Sequence record: ON287372.1
Direction: 5' to 3' (one strand)
DNA: 64,000 nucleotides
In this document: positions 53,858 to 62,352 of the stretch, piece after piece
How the letters are laid out: each line of letters begins with the position of its first letter
How positions within the stretch are numbered: the stretch's first letter is position 1
Translations under genes and position numbers: made by a program
The notes under the pieces: generated by a model
What the model was told of the DNA's origin: nothing
What the model saw: the letters and a program-made list of their open reading frames with translations, nothing else
Database searches by the model: none

Positions 53858-54333
53858 GATTCAATGTACGCCTCTAATTTCATGATGATGGATTGGATGT
53901 TGGAGATAAACAGCTCTTTTGCCATTTTGTTCTGTTCAACATCATCACCCATTACAGTACCACGAATAGTGAACGTTGGGATGGTGAACTCCAACATGTC
54001 TTCAGCCATGATGTAATCTTCATCATCATGCCAAGGCGCCACCATCAAACCGTATTCCAGGGTCAGTATCCCAGAGATGAATAGTTCGTCCATGATTTCC
54101 TGGATGTAGCGACTCGGGGCTTTTCCGTCGTTAATACCGAAGGTGATGTAGGGTTGACTACCCGGACGATCGGGGTGACCAATACATGACCAGAGAGGAA
54201 CTATCTGAGGGATCTGGAACAGGTCGTAGACCAACTCAGGTAAATCTTTATCGGCACCAGGGTACCCTGCTTTGTGCCAATCGCTGAAGCGGTCTACAGC
54301 CTTCGAGTAATCGATCTGTTTCAAACCTTTCAT
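53854..54333 (-). CDS. Hypothetical protein with SC-x-GH motif (Tyw3-like, tentative; 159 aa)
   Basis: LPELVYDL...PLWSCIGHP. Confidence 0.6.
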   Translation of the reverse strand: MKGLKQIDYSKAVDRFSDWHKAGYPGADKDLPELVYDLFQIPQIVPLWSCIGHPDRPGSQPYITFGINDGKAPSRYIQEIMDELFISGILTLEYGLMVAPWHDDEDYIMAEDMLEFTIPTFTIRGTVMGDDVEQNKMAKELFISNIQSIIMKLEAYIES

Positions 54334-54686
54334 TAGTGGGTTCCTTTTACTGGTATAACTTGGTTGGGGCTACGCTCGAACATCAACGGCATGGAAATTG
54401 TACCGTCTTTAGCAATCAGCATAGCCTGGATAATTTCTTCAGACGCCCAGGTGATTTGAACCGGCAACGCAGTGAAGTCGCCACCAATCTCCAGAGCAGT
54501 ATTGTCCTTCAACGCTACGGCAGCCGCGTAGGTATCCTTCGCATTAGCCGGAACACTTGGACGATAAACGAACAGCCAGTTTTCGAGAGGGCCTTCTTCC
54601 TTATCATCCATGACCAGCACCAGACGTTCGCCATAGGCCACAGACATCAATCCATCTTCTACTTTATTCAACGTTAAAGAGTTCAT
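54333..54686 (-). CDS. Hypothetical protein (117 aa)
   Basis: ORF track; GAGGT RBS. Confidence 0.8.
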   Translation of the reverse strand: MNSLTLNKVEDGLMSVAYGERLVLVMDDKEEGPLENWLFVYRPSVPANAKDTYAAAVALKDNTALEIGGDFTALPVQITWASEEIIQAMLIAKDGTISMPLMFERSPNQVIPVKGTH

Positions 54687-54727
54687 GTTTTTACCTCGAT
54701 TCTAACTAAAGAAAATAATGTGAACGT

Positions 54728-54758
54728 GAAAATAAACGAGAGGGAATTAACCCTCTCG
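54728..54758 (-). terminator. Intrinsic terminator (AATTAA-loop family)
   Basis: cgagaggg-aattaa-ccctctcg. Confidence 0.75.
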
Positions 54759-54765
54759 CCTATGA

Positions 54766-55005
54766 TTACGAATTGTACTTTAGATCAACCATTTCCTTCA
54801 GACCAGTAGCTTCTGCACCCAGCGCTTTACGCTTGACTGCACAAATAGCTTCCAGTTCTTCCAGATTGAACCACCCATCCAACTGAACCTGCGCAGTGGC
54901 GTCGTTGTGGAAGTTGATCCACTCACTAGTGCCAGCAATGAGTTCATGAGCGGTTTCGAGGATACGTTGCTCCTCTTCTTCCTTGGTAATGATTTTCAGG
55001 CCCAT
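54766..55005 (-). CDS. Hypothetical protein (79 aa)
   Basis: ORF track. Confidence 0.75.
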   Translation of the reverse strand: MGLKIITKEEEEQRILETAHELIAGTSEWINFHNDATAQVQLDGWFNLEELEAICAVKRKALGAEATGLKEMVDLKYNS

Positions 55006-55009
55006 CGGA

Positions 55010-55402
55010 TTACCCCTGGATACGGTAAACTGAAATGTGGCTGTTCACTTTCAGCGACAGGTCGGCGTGTTTCCAGATTACCGGATGGAAGGTAGCGAAA
55101 CGCTTCTGTTCCATGACAGCGTATATGTTGCTACCGCGGATACCGCGTAGACGATTGTCTAAGGCACTAGGTGCCGTTCCAAGTGGTACGTTAACCAAAC
55201 GCTTGACCAGTTCATCTCCGAAGACTGTGGAGCTAATAAACGCCTTAACTTCGATGAAGATCTTTTCGCTGGAAACTAAGATGGTATCGCCTTTATTGCG
55301 ATTCACCACCTTGATTAGATCCAGGGATACTTGAAGTGCCGCTCCCTCTAGATCACGATAGCTTCTGAGTTCGCTGGTATGCTTGATTTTCTTAACGGTC
55401 AT
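55010..55402 (-). CDS. Hypothetical protein (130 aa)
   Basis: ORF track; GGAG RBS. Confidence 0.75.
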   Translation of the reverse strand: MTVKKIKHTSELRSYRDLEGAALQVSLDLIKVVNRNKGDTILVSSEKIFIEVKAFISSTVFGDELVKRLVNVPLGTAPSALDNRLRGIRGSNIYAVMEQKRFATFHPVIWKHADLSLKVNSHISVYRIQG

Positions 55403-55416
55403 CTTTACAGCTCCAA

Positions 55417-55740
55417 TTAGGCTGACAGCAGGTTTTTCGGAGAGAGCTTGTATGACTGAGTCACAGGCTCGGCGCTACCGATCAACACGGAACGGATGTC
55501 GATCTTATCCTGGGTCTTGCTAGCGACTTCGTGCGCAGAGAACCGAACCCCTTTACGGTTGAACGGATCGTGCGTTTTGGCATCGGCGATCGCCAGCAGA
55601 TCGAGATCGGACTCTTTCTTCGTAGAGTCAGTGAAGTAAGCGCGATACTCGCCATTGTTCTCTACGGAGAGGATAAAGCGATCACCAGCTTTCAGACCTT
55701 TGAAGCCCTTCGGAACAGGGATCAGTTTTACACCTTTCAT
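55417..55740 (-). CDS. Hypothetical protein (107 aa)
   Basis: ORF track; GAGG RBS. Confidence 0.8.
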   Translation of the reverse strand: MKGVKLIPVPKGFKGLKAGDRFILSVENNGEYRAYFTDSTKKESDLDLLAIADAKTHDPFNRKGVRFSAHEVASKTQDKIDIRSVLIGSAEPVTQSYKLSPKNLLSA

Positions 55741-55765
55741 TTAAAAACCTCTTAATGCAGTTTAG

Positions 55766-56197
55766 TTAAACGATAAATGCCAGCACGAATAAACTCAGTG
55801 CAAACACACAACCGTTGAGATGGAACAGTTTGAAATTAGGGAACCCTGTCTTATCACGTTTGTAGTAATAAGCAAAGGGTACGAACGACCACGTTACGGA
55901 GAAAAGATGTTCACGAGGAATCGCCTTTCTCAAGTTAACGTAATCGATCAAGTGAGTAAGGATCATAGTTTCCACAAAGAAAGTGGCGGCTAGAACCAGG
56001 TTACCAGTTAGAACAACGTAAAACGGGAACAGCAGCGGCATTACCGTAGAAGCGAACAATGCTAATACGGTATCGACGTATAGCTCACGGTGCGAGTTCA
56101 GTAGAACTTTGCTCACTTGGCTTTTCCTTTGGTTTACGGTTCTTGAACGCATTAAGTGCAAAGTGCGTCCCCCGAGAAGCCAAGGTAGTGGCGACAC
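55766..56197 (-). CDS. Membrane protein (true start probably downstream of 56197)
   Basis: ORF track; TM segments in the 3' two-thirds. Confidence 0.6.
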   Translation of the reverse strand: MSPLPWLLGGRTLHLMRSRTVNQRKSQVSKVLLNSHRELYVDTVLALFASTVMPLLFPFYVVLTGNLVLAATFFVETMILTHLIDYVNLRKAIPREHLFSVTWSFVPFAYYYKRDKTGFPNFKLFHLNGCVFALSLFVLAFIV

Positions 56198-56240
56198 GAA
56201 TAACGATCGCCTTACCCATTGCTATCAGAAATTTTTCCAT
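56085..56240 (-). CDS. Small protein (51 aa)
   Basis: 3' part of the ORF-track frame, MEKFLIAMGKAIVIRVATTLAS... Confidence 0.5.
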   Translation of the reverse strand: MEKFLIAMGKAIVIRVATTLASRGTHFALNAFKNRKPKEKPSEQSSTELAP

Positions 56241-56349
56241 CTTTTTCTTTTTCCTGTTTGGAGATGATCTTCTCACCCGCCTTGACAACCATGTTGGCGA
56301 TGATACTGAAGAAGACGATCTTTGAAATGATTTCCAAAAGCGGTCCCAT
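56212..56349 (-). CDS. Small protein (45 aa)
   Basis: Manual: MGPLLEIISKIVFFSIIANMVVKAGEKIISKQEKEKDGKISDSNG; GGAGG RBS. Confidence 0.65.
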   Translation of the reverse strand: MGPLLEIISKIVFFSIIANMVVKAGEKIISKQEKEKDGKISDSNG

Positions 56350-56364
56350 TTGGAACCTCCTGGT

Positions 56365-56832
56365 TTAGTTGAGGGATTTAATGAACTTGACAATACCTGA
56401 AATACCTTCTGAGTTATTCAGTGTATGCCATACGCCATGTTCATCGAAACGAATTTGCAGCGCGATGATCGGATACCGATTACCGCCGTTATCTTCCAGA
56501 ACGACACGCATTTCTTTAATGGTGTCGCTCTTATTACTGGCGATCTTAAGCGGGATAGCCAGGCCGTTGAAATAATCCTGACGAAGATGATTTACCCGGC
56601 GGTCGATGTACCAAGGGTCAACTGGAACCTTGTAAACCATTTTGACTTTACGGGACTTATCCGTGTAGTCGTTAAGGATAATGTCTGGAGTTCCGCCGAT
56701 CGCATACGATAAGTTCTTAAGTTCAGAACAAGGGAAAACAAATACTCCCAAAGTGCTAGCAAGAGATTGACCTAAAACCGAGTCTCCAAAACTAAAGTGC
56801 TTTGCTTCACCATTTACTTCGAAGCTACCCAT
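56365..56832 (-). CDS. Hypothetical protein (155 aa)
   Basis: ORF track. Confidence 0.8.
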   Translation of the reverse strand: MGSFEVNGEAKHFSFGDSVLGQSLASTLGVFVFPCSELKNLSYAIGGTPDIILNDYTDKSRKVKMVYKVPVDPWYIDRRVNHLRQDYFNGLAIPLKIASNKSDTIKEMRVVLEDNGGNRYPIIALQIRFDEHGVWHTLNNSEGISGIVKFIKSLN

Positions 56833-56847
56833 GATATTCTATCCCTA

Positions 56848-57309
56848 TTAATAAAGGTTTTCGGAGAACAGCTCGCCCCTGGAGAAAACAGGCTCACGCA
56901 TCTGACCGGCATGTGTGGCAATGATCAATGCATCTTTTCGGGTATGGTATTCATCGAACTGGTCGATGAACCCCTGGTCATCCATACGCTTATGTTCCAG
57001 ATGTAAACCAAGCTCCCCTAAAGTACTGACCATTTCCCGCATCAATACCTGCGTATGTCGTGCGGCAGCAATGATGTACTCTTTACCGTGTTGATCGGTA
57101 TAGCGATTAGCTGCGCAGACAATGCGGCGCTGTACGATAGGGCCGTGGTCCCAACGCTTGATGCAGACTTCAGGGAGATGGGCTAACTTGCAGAGCCCTT
57201 TGCTCACGTTGTCATCTTCCTGCCTTTTCATAGCTCGTTTACCCATCTCTATTGATTCGTTCAGCGCTTCCTCAATAGTAGGAAACTCAAGTCCAACTAC
57301 CTCTTTCAT
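56848..57309 (-). CDS. Conserved phage hypothetical protein (153 aa)
   Basis: IVCAANR...RH...QGFIDQF..YHTRKDA...GELFSENLY family motif. Confidence 0.85.
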   Translation of the reverse strand: MKEVVGLEFPTIEEALNESIEMGKRAMKRQEDDNVSKGLCKLAHLPEVCIKRWDHGPIVQRRIVCAANRYTDQHGKEYIIAAARHTQVLMREMVSTLGELGLHLEHKRMDDQGFIDQFDEYHTRKDALIIATHAGQMREPVFSRGELFSENLY

Positions 57310-57779
57310 TCCTTTCCGCCTTTAATAACAGAGAATGGGTTAGCGCGAGCTACTGAGCGCTCCATCGGTACGAAGTCGTTCACCTTAGTCAGGTTATCGA
57401 CATCTGGGTTAGTCTTAACTAAACTACCCAGACTGCTCTGAACGGTTTCCTCGCCCATCCACTTAACTGGCATTGGCAATGGATAAATGCCCAGGTCTTG
57501 GTGGTTAGGTGCCCACATCATCTCGATGTGATCCCAGGCGAAGAAGTCTTTTTGTTTACGGCCGCCAAAGCCAGCTTCGAATTCAATCCCTGCATTAGAG
57601 ACGTGCATACGGGCTGCTCTCATGGAGATGTTGAGATTAACAACGCCATTGTTAGCGTAGCTACGAATGACTGGGTTAGCAATCCCATCGGCATTTACGG
57701 ACATGAAGATCTTACCGTCGCCATTTTCGGACAGCATTGTGTAGAACGAATTGAACAGATATTGGTTAACGCAGAACAT
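57306..57779 (-). CDS. sspB: SspB-like ClpXP protease adaptor
   Basis: YLFNSFY..L..N...Y.NNG.V.LNIS.RA......IEFEAGFGG parallels E. coli SspB; C-terminal PFSVIKGG resembles the ClpX-binding tail. Confidence 0.8.
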   Translation of the reverse strand: MFCVNQYLFNSFYTMLSENGDGKIFMSVNADGIANPVIRSYANNGVVNLNISMRAARMHVSNAGIEFEAGFGGRKQKDFFAWDHIEMMWAPNHQDLGIYPLPMPVKWMGEETVQSSLGSLVKTNPDVDNLTKVNDFVPMERSVARANPFSVIKGGKE

Positions 57780-57794
57780 GCACTAACTCCCTAA

Positions 57795-58202
57795 TTAGTT
57801 GAGGTTGTTGTATTTACGGCCATCGAAGTAGAACTTGATCTGTTGGAACCAAGAACCCTGATTGGTGTCGATTGCTGCTTCGTAGCGAACCCACGCTGCA
57901 TTCACATCACGACGGATATGCCGACTGAAAACTTTCAAGCTATTACGCATAGGGTCTTTCTTGACCGCTACCATAACCAGCTCGTAAAGTGCGAGTTTGG
58001 ACAAGAAACTAATACGACGTGCCCTGATTTTATTTTTTGGCGAGGTGAATTCCTTCTCCCCGAAATTCTGCCAGGTGAAACGAGATAACTTACTTTCTAA
58101 TAAATGAAGGTAGTCTTCCCGGTCTGAATGATGGTTGATGCAATTGAATTCTGCTTTTGCTTGCGCAAGTAAACCGGAGAAGCTACGTTTCATCATTTTC
58201 AT
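57795..58202 (-). CDS. Hypothetical early protein (135 aa)
   Basis: ORF track; AAGGA RBS; promoter at 58254. Confidence 0.75.
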   Translation of the reverse strand: MKMMKRSFSGLLAQAKAEFNCINHHSDREDYLHLLESKLSRFTWQNFGEKEFTSPKNKIRARRISFLSKLALYELVMVAVKKDPMRNSLKVFSRHIRRDVNAAWVRYEAAIDTNQGSWFQQIKFYFDGRKYNNLN

Positions 58203-58253
58203 TTACGAATTCCTTAAAAGGGTTAATTTAGAGTTTGTACTCTATTCAATTAA

Positions 58254-58262
58254 GTAATATAG
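58254..58262 (-). promoter_or_regulatory. Putative early promoter CTATATTAC
   Basis: Exact match to TATATTAC. Confidence 0.7.
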
Positions 58263-58265
58263 CTT

Positions 58266-58766
58266 TCAAATGGATTCGAAATCGTATTCAGTCTTCAATG
58301 TCTCCCAGAAACAAACCAGAGCGGTTCCTCCTCGAGCATCTTGGACTTTCCATTCCCCAATCCATGTGGGCTTACCAGAATCCCAAGTTGCTTTACCGAA
58401 TACGTAGTAATGCATAAGCGGTAATTTGTTATTCTTGAATGCTTCGAGTTGTCGCGGATACGCTTCAATCTTAGCCCGGTTACCTTCATGAATAACCTTC
58501 AAGAAGTTGTCATCGTGCACAGTGGTAAACGTGTTACCTACCTTCTTGGCCTCATATCCCCAGAGCTTCCGTAGCTCCTCATGTTGATACCCCGTCTTAG
58601 CGTAGTACCACAGACCTTCCATGGATTCGAAATGCCCTAACGTTGGGTGTTCGAATGGAGTTCGGCTGAAGTGGGACAGGAATCTCCCGAGCATACTCCT
58701 TGATTTGGAGTAGATGTTGATGTGGGTTTCTCCGTCCTTGTTTGGATCGAGTTCTGCGTCTCCCAT
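58266..58766 (-). CDS. NADAR/YbiA-like protein (tentative; 166 aa)
   Basis: HINIYSKS...LGRFLSHF..TPF....FESMEGLWYYAK...GYEAKKVG. Confidence 0.6.
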   Translation of the reverse strand: MGDAELDPNKDGETHINIYSKSRSMLGRFLSHFSRTPFEHPTLGHFESMEGLWYYAKTGYQHEELRKLWGYEAKKVGNTFTTVHDDNFLKVIHEGNRAKIEAYPRQLEAFKNNKLPLMHYYVFGKATWDSGKPTWIGEWKVQDARGGTALVCFWETLKTEYDFESI

Positions 58767-59167
58767 ACTTTCCCCTTATTAGATCTATTGTTAGAATCAG
58801 TGAAGTACATAGCCATGAATATCAGGGCAATCATTGCGAAGAGTATTGAATACTTCCTGTCTTTTATTTGAGCAATACGCTCCTTCTCGATCGCAGCAGC
58901 ATCAACAGTATCCATCTCTTCCAACATTGTAGTGATGAATTCGTCTTGGAGTTCTTTAGCTTTTGATTCTGCCCCGCTTCTACGTCTGTACGTCGTGTAG
59001 TAATGATTACCGACTTGATCCATGTACTGGCTGGTTTTCTTGTCTACTAGGCTGAGCGGTAAATCATTGTTCCCCATGATTGCACCGTTGGCGTTAACTA
59101 CGACAAAACCTACCAATCCATCGTTGTCTTCTTGTTCCCTAACGTAAAAGAATTTGCCGCCAGACAT
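58637..59167 (-). CDS. Hypothetical membrane protein (176 aa; 3' end overlaps the next gene by 130 nt)
   Basis: ORF track; AAGGA RBS; TM near residue 110. Confidence 0.7.
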   Translation of the reverse strand: MSGGKFFYVREQEDNDGLVGFVVVNANGAIMGNNDLPLSLVDKKTSQYMDQVGNHYYTTYRRRSGAESKAKELQDEFITTMLEEMDTVDAAAIEKERIAQIKDRKYSILFAMIALIFMAMYFTDSNNRSNKGKVWETQNSIQTRTEKPTSTSTPNQGVCSGDSCPTSAELHSNTQR

Positions 59168-59185
59168 TATAATTCCTTCTGATGT

Positions 59186-59216
59186 AAAATAAGGTGAGAG
59201 GAATTACCCTCTCACC
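59186..59216 (-). terminator. Intrinsic terminator (AATTAC loop)
   Basis: ggtgagagg-aattac-cctctcacc. Confidence 0.75.
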
Positions 59217-59229
59217 GCTATGACACTTA

Positions 59230-60129
59230 TTAACTACCGAATGTGGCAGAGAGTGGTTTCTTACCGTAGTGGCGAATGTAGATGTTGCGGATAGTACTTT
59301 CACCCATGGTATTCAGGAACATCTCAACTGCGTTACATGAGTACCCGCGGACGATCTCTTTGAAGTGCACTACAGCATAGCTCATCGAACGTTGGCGGAT
59401 AGTGTTATCCAGAATACGTTTGAGTTGCTCGTAGTCGCCAAGGACTGATCTGAAGACCTGATCTTTCTTGGCTTCGTAGAGATCCATGCCGTGTTTGATC
59501 ACGATCTCATTAATCAACTCTTCTTTATTCTTTTTGCCAGACTCATCGAATTCGCTGACGTATTGCTTAACCGTCTTGGGGCTACCAACCTCAACGGCCA
59601 GTTCCAGCTTCTCTGACATGGCAGAAGAACCATCTACTTTGGCTGCTGGGTCAGTAATGCCGGTAGAGCCGAAGCCACCTTCGCCACGCTCAGTAGTTTC
59701 ACTGAACTCAGTGACTACTTTGAACGATGGACGGATAACTGGAATGAACATCAGTTGTGCGATGCGATCACCTGGTTTGATAGTAATCACTTTACCGCCT
59801 TCGTAAGGATCAGCGAAGTTACGGTTCCAGACCGGTGCCTGGATTTGTCCCTGGAAATCGGAGTCGATCAGGCCCAGAGTATTACCCAGGATTACGCCAT
59901 CTTTGGTACCCAGACCAGAACGTGGCAACAGGATAGCGGCTACTTCGGTATTGTCCATGTGCACTGCGATACCCAATGGGATCATGACAACTGCACCAGG
60001 AGGAATAGAGACTTCTTTATCGATACAGGCCAGCACGTCGATGGCCGCAGCACCTGCGGTTTTGTAGTCAGGTACAGCCCATTCTGCGGACTTGTAACGA
60101 GGGTCAATCAGTTTGAGTTCTACGTTCAC
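59230..60129 (-). CDS. dut: Trimeric dUTPase with about 140-aa C-terminal extension
   Basis: AAAIDV, LLPRSGLG, GLIDSDFQG, GDRIAQL, TERGEGGFGSTG, then an extra helical domain. Confidence 0.95.
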   Translation of the reverse strand: MNVELKLIDPRYKSAEWAVPDYKTAGAAAIDVLACIDKEVSIPPGAVVMIPLGIAVHMDNTEVAAILLPRSGLGTKDGVILGNTLGLIDSDFQGQIQAPVWNRNFADPYEGGKVITIKPGDRIAQLMFIPVIRPSFKVVTEFSETTERGEGGFGSTGITDPAAKVDGSSAMSEKLELAVEVGSPKTVKQYVSEFDESGKKNKEELINEIVIKHGMDLYEAKKDQVFRSVLGDYEQLKRILDNTIRQRSMSYAVVHFKEIVRGYSCNAVEMFLNTMGESTIRNIYIRHYGKKPLSATFGS

Positions 60130-60186
60130 AGGTGAATCCTTTATTTAGTTGAAAGGGTACTTCTACAAAGAAATACAAAATAGCGT

Positions 60187-60216
60187 AAAAAAGAAGGAGA
60201 GCCGAAGCCCTCCTCT
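60187..60216 (-). terminator. Intrinsic terminator, UUCG loop
   Basis: Minus GAGGAGGGC-UUCG-GCUCUCCUUC-UUUUUU. Confidence 0.75.
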
Positions 60217-60281
60217 TAAAATGGCTAATCCATTAAACACAAAAACGTTTACGAAGCATCATGCAACAGACGCTCATATAA

Positions 60282-62342
60282 TCACTGTTGTGCTCGTTGG
60301 CTAGAGGTGTAGATGAACTTGTACGGATCAGCTAACCCGTATTGACCCATCTTACCAACTGGCGTATCGTACAGGTACAAGTTACCGTTGCCTTGAGTCG
60401 CCATCGAGAATGAACCGTCTTTCTGGTTCAATACCGAAGAGAACACCAGTACCATGGAGCGACCGAAGTTAACACTATCGGGGTGACCAGCGGTAATCAG
60501 CGCACCATTCAACGCGTCATTGATCGTACTTGCATCGATCTTCAGCACGTAGTTAGCAGTAGCTGTGTTCGTACCGTAATCCAAGATAGGTCGACCGTAT
60601 GAGTTGAGGTATTCATTCTTACAACGAATCCCTACCGTACCCGCAGTCGCCATTGAGGTAGCGCCAGCAAACGGATCAACTGACCCGTTCCAGGAGAACT
60701 TATTAAGGTACTCACTGAAACGAGATTTGATACCCAGACCAGGAGACTGACGATCCAGACCGTAAGAAGTACCGTTACCCAGGTTACCTGTGATCAGGCA
60801 ATTCTCACTGAGGACGTTTGCACCGTATCCGGTAATCCCATTGCCCAATGACATTTGAACAGTGGAATTAAGTACGAACAGATAAGGTACTTTATCGACA
60901 GCCGTAGCTTCTGCAATAATGCCGGAGACACTATCGGTAACGATAATGTTTTCCAGGTAAACCTGAGAGTTACCTTTCACGCACAATACCGGCGTAGTAG
61001 AGATAACCTTAAGGTCAGTGTCCGGGCTACGGTTATTCGTGGTCTGAACGTAAACCAGAGTACCGTCTGCAAAATAGCTACCTGCAGTAACTGCCGCCAG
61101 GGAAGCAACCTTGGTCAGTTTAACGCCCCGACCAGATGTACCTTTACCGGCGTAGTCAACCACCCCAGCGATATCGGTAGTCAACGGCGCAGAGAACACA
61201 CCATCGCGACCGTTTACCTTATTCCAAGTAGGAAGCTTATACGCGCCACTCAGCGTTATTTTACCCGTCCCAGAGGAAACGATATCCAGAGAACGATCCA
61301 CGATGTCCGCGGAGATCCCTTCACCGTAATTGAAGGTTGAACCTTCTTTAACTACGATGGTACGCGCCAATGGGGTTTTGGTAATCGCAGCATTGAAGGT
61401 ACGGTAAGGAGACTGCTCGGTACCCTGACCATTCAGGTCATTACCATTAACAGAGTCCACGTAATAAACCGTACCGCTACGAGAACGCTTAACCTTCAAC
61501 GTATACGTCGGCGTATAGTCAACAGACGTATCGGTGAAAGTCGCATTGACCAATGGCAGGTTGCTGGAAGTTTCAAAGATCGGTGGTAGTTGTGGAGAGA
61601 TACGCAGCAACGCACCATTACGGTCGTAACTGGTTTCTTCACTTGCACCGACCACTTCCAACAATGAACCTGCACGAAAGCGCATCTTAACAGGGTTAGG
61701 TGTAGGGAGGGCAATGACTTCCGAAAACTTACCATCGGCACCCAGAGACAAAGCAGTGGCAGAATTGGTCGGCTTATAGCTAATTGCATCGCCCAATACC
61801 ACCTTACCCTGAACACGGCGGTTAGAGCCGGATACTTTCAACGTAGCGCCGTCTGAAGTGTATTCCGTACTGACATTACGAATCCATTTACGGATAGCGT
61901 TCGTATCAGAGAAGTACACATTGACCGATCCTTTGATGATCAGCGCATTATCGTTAGCCCGCATCGTAAAGACTGCTACAGTGGAACTCAGCAACTTAGG
62001 TGTCACTGGCTCAACGACGATATCAGTATCATCCAGCTGAGTGCCGTATTCAGCATTAATCTGTTTGATCAGATCAGAAGTTGTCGTGATGTTACCCAGG
62101 GAAGTAAAGATGATAGGTACCGTAAAGATACCTGCGAAATCAACTTTGTTGTACTCGATAACTTTTGAGTCGCGGTATGGGGAGCTTTCCATTGCAACCA
62201 TGGTGACTTTGGTATCGTAGTTCGGGTGATCGCCAGCAGTCGGGCCAATGAAGTAAACGTCATTAGGGGAAATGAACGTTCCCTTTTCCTGGTTAATCGC
62301 ACTGACCAACAGAACCTTACTTTGTTGGGAGTAATTACTCAT
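60282..62342 (-). CDS. Virion fibre protein: phiKZ-type anchor domain plus pectin-lyase-like beta-helix (686 aa)
   Basis: DTKVTM...SPY...IEYNKVDF...LIKQINAEYG anchor; YYVDSVNGNDLNGQGTEQSPYRTF beta-helix start. Confidence 0.8.
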   Translation of the reverse strand: MSNYSQQSKVLLVSAINQEKGTFISPNDVYFIGPTAGDHPNYDTKVTMVAMESSPYRDSKVIEYNKVDFAGIFTVPIIFTSLGNITTTSDLIKQINAEYGTQLDDTDIVVEPVTPKLLSSTVAVFTMRANDNALIIKGSVNVYFSDTNAIRKWIRNVSTEYTSDGATLKVSGSNRRVQGKVVLGDAISYKPTNSATALSLGADGKFSEVIALPTPNPVKMRFRAGSLLEVVGASEETSYDRNGALLRISPQLPPIFETSSNLPLVNATFTDTSVDYTPTYTLKVKRSRSGTVYYVDSVNGNDLNGQGTEQSPYRTFNAAITKTPLARTIVVKEGSTFNYGEGISADIVDRSLDIVSSGTGKITLSGAYKLPTWNKVNGRDGVFSAPLTTDIAGVVDYAGKGTSGRGVKLTKVASLAAVTAGSYFADGTLVYVQTTNNRSPDTDLKVISTTPVLCVKGNSQVYLENIIVTDSVSGIIAEATAVDKVPYLFVLNSTVQMSLGNGITGYGANVLSENCLITGNLGNGTSYGLDRQSPGLGIKSRFSEYLNKFSWNGSVDPFAGATSMATAGTVGIRCKNEYLNSYGRPILDYGTNTATANYVLKIDASTINDALNGALITAGHPDSVNFGRSMVLVFSSVLNQKDGSFSMATQGNGNLYLYDTPVGKMGQYGLADPYKFIYTSSQRAQQ

Positions 62343-62352
62343 AATGGTTCAC

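Noticed and set aside
58637-58766. 130-nt overlap as a frameshift error or functional dual coding
   Set aside because: No clear alternative frame ending at the RBS; the tail after the TM is low-complexity and probably incidental.
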